A DNA stretch of 63,053 bases, the filler included, from Platydemus manokwari (lineage: Eukaryota), in the NCBI GenBank assembly GCA_037951405.1. It is 6 parts of 6 records of this genome, joined end to end, with 100 filler letters (N's around TTAATTAATTAA, not from the genome) between each part and the next. Parts side by side here need not be neighbours in the genome. Positions count along the whole stretch, not along the records: positions 1 to 9,699 come from JBBMOY011215766.1; positions 9,800 to 19,666 come from JBBMOY011195099.1; 4 more parts are not named here. The stretch is one strand, 5' to 3'. Shown here piece after piece: positions 1 through 14,800 of the stretch. Under the pieces are notes generated by a model, which was given only the letters and a program-made list of their open reading frames with translations, was not told the DNA's origin and made no database searches. How positions within the stretch are numbered: position 1 is the first letter of the stretch; each line of letters starts with the position of its first letter. A program made the position numbers and the translations under genes.

Positions 1-50
1 ATGATTTGCTACAGCACACACACAAGTGTTTACATCTGGTGTCAAATTCC
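1..50 (+). mobile_element. Possible 3' end of an LTR followed by a primer-binding site
   Basis: ...GTGTTTACA, 2 nt spacer, then TGGTGTCA (37-44), the usual LTR-end/PBS layout of Gypsy elements. No coding support nearby. Confidence 0.3.
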
Positions 51-3000
51 GGTTATTAAGTTATAGACCCAATATGTTTGATAAATAAAGAATTTAAAAC
101 CTAATAAATAATAATAATATTAAATTTAATAATAAAGATTAAAATTATATTAAATTTGTTAAAATAACATATCAATCAATTAAAAAAATTATTAATTCTA
201 ATAAAAAAATAATTATTACGCTAAATATATAAATAAATATATTAAATAAAATGCAAAATTATGTTAAATAAATAAATAAATAATTTCACATCTAATATTA
301 AAATATTTAAAAAATAAATAAATAATAAATTTCTTATTCATTTAAAATTCGAACGAATAAAGCTAATAAATGTATGAATGGTACGAACAAGTACGAAAAG
401 TACTAATAAATGCATTAATAATAATAATTAAGCGAATGGTACGAGATTTAAATTTAATTAATTAATTTATTCTTAATTTTTACAATTGTTCCTCAAATCC
501 TGATATTTTAAAATCTTATATAACAAAAGTAATTGACTTGCTGAAATGAGACCCATACTTAATTACAATTCAAAGGTTATGTTAAAGTTTTCGTATGTAA
601 TGACATCGAAAAAAAGAAAACCATTCAAAATACCCACACAATTTCTCCATTATGGTGATAAAGTTTTGTTTTAAATTGATTATGTGATATAGATGTTTGA
701 ATCTCAAAAACTTAATATGGATCAAAATCTTGTTATTAGTTTTGATGAATAAATCTTCTTTGCGATGTCGCATTTTTGTATTTTGAAAAATAAAGAAATC
801 CAAAATATTTTTAAATCCTTATCTCTATTAATCAGAACTTCAATTTCCTTAACCAAGATTGGCCAAAATAATTTGGAAAATCCAGTAAGCAAATAGTTTG
901 GTACAAAAAATCACTGATATGTTGAATAAATAAGTCTGCTAAGTCTAAAGTAGTTTGAAGTTTCTTTTGTAAGGCAATCATTTCAAAATATTGAGCAATT
1001 TTTTCGGGAAAATTTTACAGTAAAATTTAGAAAGTCACGTAATTTTAATTTCTATAATCTTGATATTTTCATTTTTTTTTCTCTTCTATAGCATTTCAAC
1101 TCGATCTTTGTAATATTTTCTCTCTAAGTTTAAAAATTAGAATTATTCCTTTAATTAAATCGAGTTTAAAATTTTAATTTAAGAAATAATTACCATCACT
1201 AAACGCCTAAATTTGGCCCAGATCATCGTGATAATTACATCATAGTACATAGCTTGTTTGACCCGATAAATTTCTGCTTTGCTAGAAGATCATATCAAAA
1301 TTTATTCATCAAACTCCTTATTATCCAAAAAACTTGTTTGGTAAATTTTTAATTATATGCTAACATTTCTTAATTAGAGAATTTTTCTGGAAATCCATCA
1401 AAAACTAATTTAAGTACCACTGAACAAGATAATTAATAAAATATTATCTACACAGTAAACATTATGTAAATTTCCAGTAAAAAAAATTAAGTTATCTAAC
1501 AAAACATTAGAGTAAATTTATACATTAATTGACAAAAAAAATTTGAATTGAGAAAAATTCCCAAAAGTATTTGAACTCAACTAATCGGAAGATCACAGTT
1601 TGAAAAAATAACTCTATTTCGAAATAGTTCAATTAGAGTTGTAATTGAATTTCAAAATTTAGATGATCGCTATCTATATTAAATATTATTTTATATATAT
1701 CATTTTTAGATTGGTCTCTATATTTTCTATATTTTAATCGTGAGCAAAATTTAACGAGCAATATTTTTGACTTTTGTTTTCGATCAATAAGCAACATTTT
1801 ATTGTCTTTAATATCATTTGGATTGAAATATAAATTAATTGGGTTGATATTTGATGATTTTTTTAATAAAATTAATACTTCATCAAAAAATTTATCATTT
1901 TTGGTTGTGAATCACAATGTAATTTGTCAAAGTGCAATTGGCCGAAATCGATGCCGTTGCTATTATTAGATGTACAAACAGCATTATCATTATTATTTGT
2001 AACATTTTGAATATCCAACACCTTATCACTCTTTGAGCATTCATTTTCAGACATGATTATTTGAAATAAAACGAAAAATACATACATTTCGTAGGTAATT
2101 TAAATTCAAATTGTATTGATCGACTGGAGAATTATTATTAGTCATTAAAAGACATTTACGTTGAGGTTGTTTAAATTAATTAATTATTTTTAAACAAAAA
2201 TTAACAATTTTCATTAAAAAACCAAACCAAAATCAAAAGATAAGGAATTATATAAAATTTAAAGTTGAATTGCATATGCCAGGATATAATTGTTGCGGTC
2301 TATGAACATGGATAGATAAACGAACAACTTGTTGGAAAATCCAAAACTAGAGTTCAGATCATTTAATTTAATTGATGAAACATATTTAAAACAGGATGTC
2401 ACTTATACACGTCCAAATAAAAGAGTAAGATTACGTACTGATTGTGTTTCATTCTAAATGTATACCAGATCTCAAATTATTATTAAGGAAAAAATTTGGA
2501 AAAAAACTAAGTTTAATATTCCAAATGAAAATAAAAATGGAAAGTATTTTTGTCAATGTGATCAACGATGAAATCAGTAAAAAATATATTATAAATTATT
2601 TAACAAAAGAAAATTATAAAAAATAAAGATATGGAGCAATCCATGAGCATATTTGATGAATAAAACTAAAGAGATGATAAAATTCAGCTTGTTGAAAAAA
2701 TATCATCACCTGTCGTAACGAGAACAGTTAATTTAGGAATAAATAAATTGGAATTATTGTATCAAAATTATTGAAAATCATACCAAGATTCTAATGAAAG
2801 AATATTATGCAAAAATCTAGCACAATAATGAATACACGAAAATTATATTTATAAATTCCAAAGACACAAATATTCATTATATCAAGTCGAAAGAGATTAG
2901 TTAAATTTCAATAAAAAACAAGATGATTAAATTGCCATCTCCATCATATGTTATACCAGGTTCTTATGAAATCATATAATTATACATATTTTAATGGGGA

Positions 3001-3765
3001 ATCGAAAGTGAGGGCCCGTAAAACATATTTTGCAATTAAACCCATATTTTAAGTTTATATCGAAATTTAACCTTAAAACTTTATTTATAACTCAGTAAAA
3101 GTGGCTTTAATAATTAATTTATCAATACATAATTAATTTTAGCGATTTTATTTTCGACAATTTAAAGGATTTATTATAATTTAAGAGATCTTTAATTTTT
3201 CAAAGCAATAAAAAAAGAATCTCGATCAACATTTATTTAGTGCGTTTTCAGAATATTTTGTACTCAAATCTTATCAAATTTGTGAGAATAAAATTTGGAA
3301 ATTTAATGGAATAGAAATACTACTGATTCTAAAAATACTTATTTAATTCGAAAATAAGTTAAGTTGCTGGAACAGAGAAATATAATGAAATTCAGATACA
3401 AAATGATATATTCTATCAACCTAAATAAAGTTTATTCAATTTATCGTTGTTTACTTGTAACAATCGTTGAAGTTAATTAAATAATGAAATCGGTAACTTG
3501 GTTTCCCAAGTAGAGTCTCGGCGTAATAAAAACCAGTATTATTACTTTATCTCTGTATGAATGAAAAAAAGATTTTTATGTTTTAACCCCTATAATAAAA
3601 ATGATGTTTCTTAAATATAAGTTTCTTATAATCACATTGTAACCTCCAAAGAGCCTCTAATTAACTTAAACGAAGTATGTCACGAAATATAATATAATGT
3701 TCTGCTGGTTATTAGACTTTTTGGCTTCATTTGTAATGCGAAAACGGGTATTACTATTGTTTTGC

Positions 3766-3880
3766 TTTATTTTTATCTATGCATGACCAATATAATGTGA
3801 TTTCTCAAAGATACGGGACATTGTATTGCTTTTTTCTCTATTCATGACCAAAATAATGTGATTTCTCAAAGATATGGGGC
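3766..3880. repeat. Tandem duplication, about 60 bp x2
   Basis: CATGACCAA(T/A)ATAATGTGATTTCTCAAAGATA(C/T)GGG occurs at about 3782 and about 3843. Confidence 0.75.
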
Positions 3881-4195
3881 TATTTTGCTAAACAATATGA
3901 GAGTGATTATATTTTTAAGCTCAGTAGGATTGGCGTATCATTTTATATAACATTAACTATTGAATTATATACGAAATTATCTCCTTATTTTCCTTATTAT
4001 TTGGGTCTTTATTTATTTACTTTATTATAATTATTCTAATTATAGTTCCAGTTTTTCTGACTTTATTTGACACATTATATATCACAAACTCTTCAAATAA
4101 ACACCATTCATAACACATATCATAGGTGTTGCATATGTCGTCAATGTATACGGTTATGTACGTTGTTTTAATTAGTGTTGTATGCAACTCAACAA

Positions 4196-4440
4196 AGTGA
4201 GTTCTTTACTATTAGATTTGTTAGCAGCGGTTACTGCACTTGTACTTTATGTTTCAATAAAAGAACTCATTATATCGATTTTCTTAAATTTTATTTAATT
4301 CCAACACTTAATACAATTTTTTAAACAAAATATAATTTCTTTTCTAGAGAGATTTGATTTTCAATCTTGATCAGGGATAGCTAAAATATTAAAATAATTT
4401 TTTAATTATTTTACAAAAAATTTTAAAATTATTTAAAATT
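4196..4440. repeat. Interspersed repeat, copy 1 (homologous to 32170-32430); probably the end of a decayed DNA transposon
   Basis: Shared blocks CGATTTTCTTAA..TTTATTTAATT(C/A)CAACACTTAA..CAATTTTTTAAACAAA and TCAATCTTGATCAGG.ATAG, in the same order in both copies. Confidence 0.7.
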
Positions 4441-6509
4441 TATTTAAAAATTATTTAAAATTATTAATCCTCACAATTCTGAAGATTTCTACAATTTTAT
4501 GATGAGTAAATTTTTTATTATTGTCGTAATAATTATCGAAGACCCACGGCTAGTACTAGAAGGTCGTATTTGGTTATTGACTCTTAATTTTTACAGATAA
4601 ATTTGTCAGAGCACCTAAGCAGCATGCCCTTCACTTTTACCTTGAGGTTTCTGTGTTTAAACAATGGCATTATCTTTTTCATTTGTAAATTGTTCATTGA
4701 ACAAGTGAAAAGATCAATTCATATTTCCGTGCACAGGCCAATTGGAAAGTTTCTAATTTCTTTAAATATTGAATTTAATCATTATTTTATATTTCAGTTG
4801 CATGCTGCCTCAATTGATTCTTACACGTATACATATTGTTTGAAATTTTTTAAATTATGAGAATTAGTAGAATGAATCACTAAGAAGTTTACCATAACAT
4901 TTTCCAACTACATTATCATCTCTAAATACTCTTAGGTAAAGAAATTCTTTTGATGATGAAATTAGAATATTTATTAAATGATATCATCGTATATTAATGT
5001 CAATTGCACTTGTTTTTATTTTTTTTAATTTTGTGCTCATTATATTTATTTTTTAAATATCACCTAACAATTTGTCAAGTTTTTCCTGATGTACTGGAGT
5101 GATCGATGAGATGTTAATCTAAGCATTTTATGAATATAACTCAGTATAGGATATTACTCAATATGAATATAGCCAGTTTTTAAACACAGCTTGAAAATAC
5201 ATTTTTCTCTTGATTTTTCGTATTTTAGAATATTTTGTACAAATTTCTGGTTATTATGGACAAAATTTAATAAATTATGAATAAAAATATAAAACTAAAC
5301 TATTTTTCAATAAAAAGTAATCTGATTTGAAAAAATAAATAAATAAATTCAAAATCAATAAAACAGATAAACAATAAATGATATTAAAAGGAATAATTAT
5401 ATTAAATTTGATAAATAAAATATTCAATAAAAGAAAAAAAACATCTGAACTTGTATTTTTGTCATGCACACATTTATTCCTAATTTATACTTACAATTTT
5501 TCGTATTCTCAATCGTACCATTTACACCATTCATACTATTTTAACCCGTAAAAATAAATGAACAAATAAAATTGCTAGTAAATATAAGAATGACCAAAGC
5601 ATGAGTATGTTTAGAACTTTTGATTATTTATCATTTAACTCTATTGAAAATTTTATTTGGATTTGAAAAATGTATTGATATTAGTAGCTCCATTCAATGT
5701 CATTATTATATTTTTTGAATAAATTCTCGAAACTGATATGGGTTCATCCTAAACATCAATTCTTTAAGAAAAGACAGAATATGAAGTTTATACAGAAAAG
5801 AATCACATTAATTAAAAACATTGATAAAATTATTATCCACGAGATAAAATAATCTTAATATTTACAAATTTCGATTCGTTTATTTAATTAAATCACCATA
5901 AATAACCACAAACCAGCTGGTGACTTGTACAGGTCCCGTTGTCAGTCACAGAACTCGGACTGTGTGGGAATCTGTTTCGATTTTGTAGATTTAGAAGTTG
6001 ATAATTTCAACTAATTTGATCAAAAATACAACTAACTCTGCATTTGTTATGCCATTTTTCAACGCAACGCCAATATCGTGCAATCTTTATTTGTACAAGT
6101 ATTAATTAAATCGAAAAACTATTTCTGATTTTAGAAAAACTCCAATTAAAAATTGATCGACTACTTATTTCCCACGAAATTATTATATAAAGTATATAAA
6201 GCACATATGTATTCTACATTTCAATATGAGTGACAATTTCAACATAAAATCTTTTCTTAAATCCATTAGAATATTTGCAAATTTTCAAGCTTCATTTATT
6301 CATATCATTTTAAATTTTGAAAATCATTTATCAGAAATGAGATTAAATCATGTGATGAATTACATTTTCATCTTTTTAAACAAAAATCATTTAGTGAGAT
6401 TTATATGTCATAGGTCATCGAATTAGAGATTTTAATGTTTCTGTTAATGGTATCAATATCAAATATAATAATCTAATACCCACAATATCAACTAACACTA
6501 AGCAATGCC

Positions 6510-7105
6510 GGTTAAAGTTAAGAAAAGGGGTATTAAAATAGAATTTTGAATTTGTTGAGTGTATTACAAAAATCCATATAGTTTATTTAATTATATTCTA
6601 TAAAAACATTTTGAATTTTTTATTAAAATACTTAGGAAGAATTTAAGTTGTTTGAAATCAAATATTAAATACACCAGAGTTTCATAATTTACTAAAAATT
6701 TGATTATTTGAAAAAGGGATCAATTTAAATCAAATTGCAATTTATTGAAAATAAAAGAGGATCAATTTATAATATTAGAAGCAAATTGAAATATAAATTA
6801 GAGTTTTGCAATTATTCGATAAAAGCAAGTAATACTACAAAATGCACTAAACATGTCATGAGTTTCCTAAGTTGATTTGTAATTAAATAAATTTAAATTT
6901 ACGAAATCAAAAATTCATGTAGAAGTGTTGTGATTTGAGTAAGAATTTGGTTTACAAACTATGTTTAGTCCCTAATCGACATCCTAAAAGGTGGGATATG
7001 ACGACTAAATTATACGAATAAATTTAACATCGCAATTATATATAAAATTAAGTTATGAAATAAGTTATAAGTCATGCTCGAAAATTCATCATTAAGAAAG
7101 TACAT
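6510..7105 (+). mobile_element. Merlin-like MITE family, copy 1 (right end degraded)
   Basis: Starts GGTTAAAGTTAAGAAAAGGGG and is collinear with 46720-47259 (e.g. AATATTAAATACAC, GAAAAAGGGATC, GAAGCAAATTGA, ATTATACGAATAAAT). Confidence 0.75.
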
Positions 7106-10100
7106 CACAACAAAAACAGCAGTGCCTATTAGTCCCTAATACTTGTGTGAAAATGACGATATATAATAAAATTTCAATCGCAACAGATACAAGTGGTAAG
7201 TTGGGCGGGGTTGAGTTAGTAAATGTGTGTTCTAATCTACCATTGAACAAACTTTTGTTGTCAATATTTCTATCACTAAACCTAATTAACCATGGACTTT
7301 TCATATCAAAAATTCAGTTACTTGATTATGCCGTACACGGTAACATGAATTTATAATTTTTCACGATATTAAAAATATTGATGAATAAAAATACGCTAGA
7401 CAATGAATTCGTTTATTGCGACATTTCAAAAGAAAATTGATAATTTTTCTTTAGTAATTCACAAAATTAAATTCTTATAATAAATTACTTTTATCAAATT
7501 CCGAGAATAAATTCCTAAGAAAAAGTCTATTATAAATTTCGAATAATTTTAGAATTTTATTATATTGACGAAGTTGTCGAATTAAAATAACGGTTAGTTA
7601 TTGTTTGTTGCTAAAACTTCTTCATTTTTCATGTTTAATTCAAGACATAATTTTACCGAACAAATAATATGTATTTATATTACATCCATTTTAAGTAAAT
7701 ATTCGATTATTTTCAACCTTCTATTTTAAAAATAAAATGCTCATATTTTTTAATTTTAATTTTTATAAAATATCATTTTCAAAATATTTTTTGAAAAATT
7801 GAGAGATTACAGTAAGGTTTTAGCAAAACCATTTTATAAATACAGGTATGAAATATTTTTAATATAATCAATTAAAAACATTTTGTAATTATTAATCTTA
7901 ATCTTATTTAAATTTGAATTATTTATAGTATTCTTAAATAAACCTCACAGGTATGAAATTGAAACTCATGAAATTTCCAATTTAATTCATACATAAATGG
8001 CAACCTTAGTGATATTTCTAACCAAATATTGTTTTATATATACACTGGTTCACACAAATTAGAAAACCACAAATTAGGTATCCATTTAGAAGATCATGCT
8101 TGAACAAAGTTCATCGCAATTAAAATTTAAATAAAATATATCCTACGCAGTTAAATTTGTAGATTATCTAATGCAAACCCGTTACCAAAGGGAGTTTGAA
8201 TTCCAGTATTGAAAATCATATCCTCATGAGACTAGTTAAAACTTTCTCAACATTAAAAATTCTTCGTTATTACAATGATCGAATGAATAATTATCATTAT
8301 TTATTTTTTATTTCAATAAAATCTACCATTCTTACACTGGAACCGTTTGTGTTGTGTTTTCATATCTAGAACTCATAATTTTTTATCATCTGATAACCTA
8401 TTTGAAGAAGCCAACAAGTGATAACAATGGGCTGTTTTATGTGGGTTGTATCTATGTTAGATCATCAGATGTTTTAGCTAATCCGGAATTGTGTGAAAAT
8501 AATCAAATATTTATTAAATTTTCCAACTCCACCAAATTCAAAAATGACCTTCAATAAATCGATTTTGTAATCGATTAGCTTTTATTGGTAGACAGAAAAT
8601 AATTTGGCATTATAAAATGTATTTGATTGATTATTTTCTTGGGTTTATTTTATTTCTTTTTACCAAATTATTTAATTTCTTAGTCAAATTATTTTGAGTT
8701 GGCATTTCTTCTTTCGAATTATTTAACCTCACTAGTTTTGTGTTTGACGTGAAAATCAAGTCAGCTAATAACTTTTCAATAATGATATTACTATCAGGTT
8801 CTGGTGAATTCGTTTTGTTATTCGGCGATAACGCTGAAAAATGGAAGGGCTTTTACTATGGAAATCAAGTAATGCACGATATTTAATCAATATTTCGATT
8901 TCATATCAATTTCTTTAGGCCCAATTCAGTAAATTTTATCTTTTTAACATTAACGGATTCTTGCTTATTTTTCATATCGATTATCATAATTCGGTGTGCA
9001 TGCCATCATCTGACCACTAGTGGTCTTTATTTTTGATTATCAGACAGCTTATTTGAATTTATATAGATGACGTCACCATAATTTGAATTGATTCGGCACT
9101 TGACTTTGAATTTATTGCAAAAGTGATCCTCTTGGTCTAACGTTTGTTATATATTTTCCAATATTTAATAAATCTATTAGTGAGATAAATTTTAAAGTAA
9201 TATATCAAAACAATAATTTTAATAATGAAGATATATCATTGAGTCTTCACCTAAAGCTTTTATAGATGAGATTTCTTCGATTTTGCTTTTATTCAAATGT
9301 ACGAAGTAACTTTGGATTTAAATTTATTAAAATTTCTAAGGAAAATATAGAATCAATAAAACTATCAATTTGATTTAAAAGATATTGTTAATAATTTAAA
9401 TTTAGATGCATCAATTAAAATGAGAGATGAGTTAATCACAACCAATAAAGCATATATTATCATGCATTTAGAAGATACCAAAACTATAGGATCACTTCGG
9501 GTATCAATGAGCAAATCTGATAATATGTATTTTGATCCTTATGAAATTTCATCTATTAGGTTGTTGGGAAAATAATGGCCGTTTTTGCATTGCATATTTA
9601 AACTGTTAATATTTAACTAAAGTCATTAGCAATTATTGATGTATTATATGTCATTTTAAAGCGCGTTTATTGTACTTTCTATTCATAGTAAGCTTTCCTN
9701 NNNNNNNNNNNNNNNNNNNNNNNNNNNNNNNNNNNNNNNNNNNTTAATTAATTAANNNNNNNNNNNNNNNNNNNNNNNNNNNNNNNNNNNNNNNNNNNNT
9801 AATAATGGAACTTTTCTATTTTCACTATTAAAAATCAACATCATGGCATTGAATAGATACAAACTTATTTATTAATGAGTTGAACAAGTTCCTTTAAAAA
9901 TTAGATCATCAATAAGTTATATAAAAATTAGTGTTGCTATTACATTCGATGTTTATAATCTCTTTTAAAGTTCTAAATAGATGAAAAAAATAGATAAATA
10001 AAAATCATTAAAAATATATTATTTTATTTCTGAAAATATTATTCACTAATGAATGCAAATTATTAATAATAACTAGGTCAAATTTCTATTTTTTTCATAG

Positions 10101-10130
10101 AATAAATGTTGTTTAGAAATGAAATTTTAC

Positions 10131-11866
10131 TTGGAATCACATATTCTTGTTTTATTTCTCAATGAATCATTAAGAACTTTATTATTTTTAATTATATCGT
10201 CGCCATGTTTTTCATATGATTTCAATATCCGTGATTTCGGTACGCGATTTGCTTTGATCTCTTCATCAACTCCTTTCTAATCAGACAGCTTTAACAATAA
10301 TTATTTTAATAAGAATAAATATTCATTTTTATTTTTGCTAGAGGCGATATTATTTTGCTTTCATTTCTAATTCCTCTTCAACAATTTGGTGTCAATTTAA
10401 TTTTAAAAATAATACATTTTAAAATCAAGTAAAAAAAAGTTAATAAAGTCGAATCCCACTACCCGAACTCGATAAATTATTTTGTTCATTAATACAAGAA
10501 ATATTACCAATTTATTAGGATATTCTCGATTTTGATTTTCTAAATTGTTCTTAAAACTATATTGTTTCGAAATAATATTTTCTCTTAAAAACATACTGAA
10601 CTTTTGATATGCCAATAGAATAGAATTTACTTGTAGGAATAAGTTAAATATTTTTCCTTTTCGTATTTCTCTGATAATGTACTTTTTTGGTATCTTGCAG
10701 ATCTATGTTTTTCGTGATAATAGTTTTTAACTAAATCAAAAGTTCAGTTTATTAAAATTTACTATTAACAAAGCTGGAATCAATTTTATTTTTTTCAATA
10801 GATAATTAATTTTGTAAATTTTATGATAAATTAATACTTCGATTTCTAGTTTTCCATTATATAACCCTAAATAATAACTAATTGCCAATAAAAACCATTT
10901 TTGCTTTTAAGAATTTGAATTTAAACTTCTATAATAAAACTACAAATTGAAAGCTATGAAATTCGAGGCTATTTTAGTTCTAGAAATTTTATTTTTTAAA
11001 AAGATAACAAAATAAATTTTAGTAAATCTTGACAAATTATTTTAATGAAAAATTTTACTTGGGATAAGTTTCGGTGATTCCATCGTTTTCATATCAACAT
11101 CATTTCTATTTATGTTCATATGCTTAGATTTTATAAATAGATCACCTGATGATAATGATTTCCATTGACCTAATTCACTATCTAGAATTTATTCTAGGAT
11201 TTTAATTAACTAGTTGAATGACACTTACTAATTAAACAGCAATTATTTCTCTTTTCAGCTGAATTCTTTTCATAATTTGTTGAAATCATAGATGAATTAA
11301 ATTCTTCTATATTATATTTTGCTGAGATTTTAAAGATGTTTTCAAAATTTTGGGAAGATGATTCAGTTTTATCGCTTTTGTTTCTAACATTTTTCGAAAT
11401 GTCATATAACTTTCTTTCGGAATTTTCGTTTAAATAATCTAGAATAACACAATTACTTAAAAGATCATTGTTGATCTTTTTGAGAAACTAATATACTCTA
11501 CTTAGTAAAAAAATTCGACCTAAGGAGTTTAAATTAAGAAAATAACTATCATTACAGAGTTTCCAAAAATTGAAATTTCATTAAATATAGAGCTTCGTTT
11601 TATTTTTATTATATTTTAATTAAGTAATAAGCTTATAGTATTAACATCAAATTTTCCAAATAAAGAAGTATATAAATGTTTAAATAATTCCAGGTTGTCT
11701 TAAAAATTGGAACCTGAGTAAACTTTTCTAATACTTATTAGAAAATAACATTACCAAACTTTGAACTAATTTCTTCTAAATTATCACCTTCCGAAATTAG
11801 TAATTGATTGTTAAAACCTATTTCGGTCGTTTTCAATAAATCGTAATTCCAAAATAATATTACCAT
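10131..11866 (-). CDS. Probable multi-exon protein-coding gene of unknown function (N/K/S/E-rich); ends uncertain
   Basis: Six stop-free segments joined by phase-compatible GT-AG junctions: 11866-11755, 11438-11229, 11181-11059, 10730-10631, 10556-10508, 10276-10131. One intron is 47 nt with a GTAAGT donor. Translation: ...GFNNQLLISEGDNLEEISSKF/DYLNENSERKLYD...NNCCLI/NSELGQWKSLSSGD...PKLIP/IKNYYHEK...YSY/NFKNNLENQNREYPNKL/KGVDEEIKANRVPKSR...ICDS. No recognisable domain. Confidence 0.55.
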
Positions 11867-14800
11867 TTATGAACATTTATCTTGGATTCTTCGATAATTT
11901 TTAAACAAGAAAATTTTGAATAAGTTTTAATGTATATAATATTTAAACAAAGTTTATGTTTTGTTTATTCCATATGCAGATCAGATCACATGAAATTTAA
12001 ATTTCAATTTCGTTTATTTATGTTAAAACTTGATCGATATCGATGTTTGTTTAAACAGTTAAGCACTACAATTAAATGAATTTATTATATTATATTATTA
12101 TAACTTTTAGTAGTATTTAATAATAAATTATTTCAGAATTTGTTGTTTCTGGGTGATATTACTAGGATTTTATGCATGTTGAGGGTTCACCTTAGAATTT
12201 TTGAAATATTAATACCTATATTAATTATTTAACTCCAAAGATATGCTAATCAGGACTGGCAAAGCCCAAAAAGTCAATAAATTTGATTCTCTCGAGTCTT
12301 TAGCTGATTATTTTAACTGACGTTTTGCAACGTGATTTTTGAAATTCGATAATGTCTTTAATAAATTATTAGTTTTAAGGATAGATATCCCACCAATATC
12401 CGAATAGCCACAGTTCCTAAGCGGATATTCAGCTTATTTATTAGAGTTATATATAAAAAATAATTGGAGATTAATAACTTTTATAAAACCTAAAATATCA
12501 TGTACAATAAAATTACTAAAATTCTTGCCGTTACAATGTTTTTTACATTGCGATAGTGACGCGCTCTCAAATTGATGAAAATTCAGTGTAGGGAACGATT
12601 GTCACACAACTTTAGTAAAAATGAGTTCAGCGAAGAAGTAATTTAGAAGGATGTCTAATGTTCTTCGTTAATTAATTAATATTTCCTTTCAGGCAAGGTT
12701 TATATATTAATATAATCAAATAAATAATTACTTCTAGCTTTTCTGAACTTCCTATGCGGCTTCAATAACGAGTATTGAAGACAACATTATGGGAAAAATA
12801 TTGAAATAATTTAAAGGCTTCTAAAGTTAACTTCAATTTACTAGGTAAATGAATATTAATTATTTAAGTCTAATAGTGAAAAGACTGGCGTTGTGTTTTT
12901 GACAATAATTCTAAAATTATAATATTAATTAGTAAATATTTATTCACAGTAATTCAAAATTCTCAAGATACTTTTTATCAAATTGTTATTTATGAAATAA
13001 AAAAATAATAACAAGAGCCGAAAATATAACAATGAAAATATAATAACGCTCAAAACTTCGCGAAAGCGAGTTGCTGAAAATTAGAAAACGGTGGAGAAGA
13101 GGTCATTATAAGTAGGAGATGTTAGTTACGGCAAATAAAATTAGGAATTATATTAAATTATTAATAAAATGAACATGGAATTAACTTGTCTGAGAAGTAA
13201 ATAAACCTTGCTCTGATTAATTACGTTGAAGAAATTCTCGAAATTTGAGTACGAACAATTGAATCTCATAAATAATGACGTCGAAAACCATCCTTAGTGC
13301 AAATCAATAAAAAATACCCTTCCAATAATATGCAAATGTGAACTATGCTCGCGCCTCTGTGTTTTGTTGTTGTGTGTCAGGATCAACTACTGCGTACATA
13401 TTTATAGTGATCCATTTTTCTAACCACATGTCATTTGTTATGGGTTTATATTATATTATTGTATGCTGTGCTATTAACATTGTGTGGCATTTTGTGAAGT
13501 CATATTTTGTGTGCAAAAATATTTACAAAAATTGTTCGTGGGAAATCCAAACATTACGAAATAATTGAAAGAGTTTTTTATGCTTTGTGGGTTATGTTAT
13601 TGTGATTTTCATTTAAATATGTGTTAGGATTCAAAAGAATTGAAGGTTGCAATCTATGTTTCACTAGTATGAACTAATCAATACAAATATAAACGACTTT
13701 ACCGAACATTTCATAATCAATTTAAAATGCAATCTAAAACTTGGTTTTCAACTGGCAATTGGGCATCTTTACATGAGTATTTATACTTAAGATTTTGTCC
13801 CCAAAATTATTGCATTTAAAGTTAGGCCTCACTTAATTTAAATTCTTTTATTTAAAATCAGGGTTAATTTTATTCTAAAATCAATAATCAATATTTTATC
13901 CATTGAATTTATTCAACAGATCGCCTAATGAATGTCATTAGAAGCAAGATTTGTATAGTAAAAATACTTTCTAACGAAATATGAGGTAAACTTAATTAAA
14001 ATCATTACTATAGAGAGATACGAACAATTCTGTTTTTGGAAAAAGTTAAAGTAACTCGTAATACGATAATCAAAACGGTGCAAATGAACATATAAGCAAA
14101 TTGATTAATTAAATTCAAAAGATAGCATTTGTTAATGGTGCTCTTGAACAACTTGACCCTTTTAATTCTGTCAGAAATCTATATCATTTAACACCCTTTA
14201 AAACTCAATAAGTAAAGTTCAGGATAAAATTTAGCTTATGTGGTTGTTCGTAAGTTGAAATTAAAACGAAATTTCAGATGAGTTTTTTCATCATCTATTA
14301 AATAAATCTACTACCGGCAGAAGTATTACACTTCTAACGATTTCCGCTGATAGCTGTCTCTGAATTGATTAGTTTAATTAAATCAGCTCTTCAACGAAAA
14401 TCTTTTTGTTTATTATTCGTGGCAGCTCTTTAAAAAAAATTTCATTATTATTCATGAAATATTTAGTCAGCGAGAGCCGACTACAAAAGAAGATAACCGT
14501 ATTTTGTTTATTCATTAATTTTTTGACTTTGATCCAAGGTTCGACTAATATGAAAAAGCGGTGAAAATCAGTGTTATTTGTAAATCAAAAGATTATTCAA
14601 AATTAATCGCATTTTGATAATGAACTGAGTATAGAATCGTTAAATTTATCAACAAACTCTATTTTATATCATAAATTAATCTTCTGATCGCTAAGCTCCA
14701 TATCAACAATTCATCGGTAAAACCATCATTTGAAACCAGATCTATTCCAAAAAATGTTGATTAAGAGTTTCAATTTTCTAAAAAAATTTTGAAACTCGAT

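Noticed and set aside
580-2200. Decayed coding-like minus-strand stretch (similar ones at 16600-17400, 33300-34500, 42480-42950, 49600-52200)
   Set aside because: Probably old transposon ORF debris, but the motifs are too degraded to assign a family by eye.
9700-9799. TTAATTAATTAA embedded in N runs (also near 19711, 32518, 43283, 52641)
   Set aside because: Identical 12-mer centred in 100-nt gaps and giving stops in all six frames: an artificial scaffolding linker, not biology.
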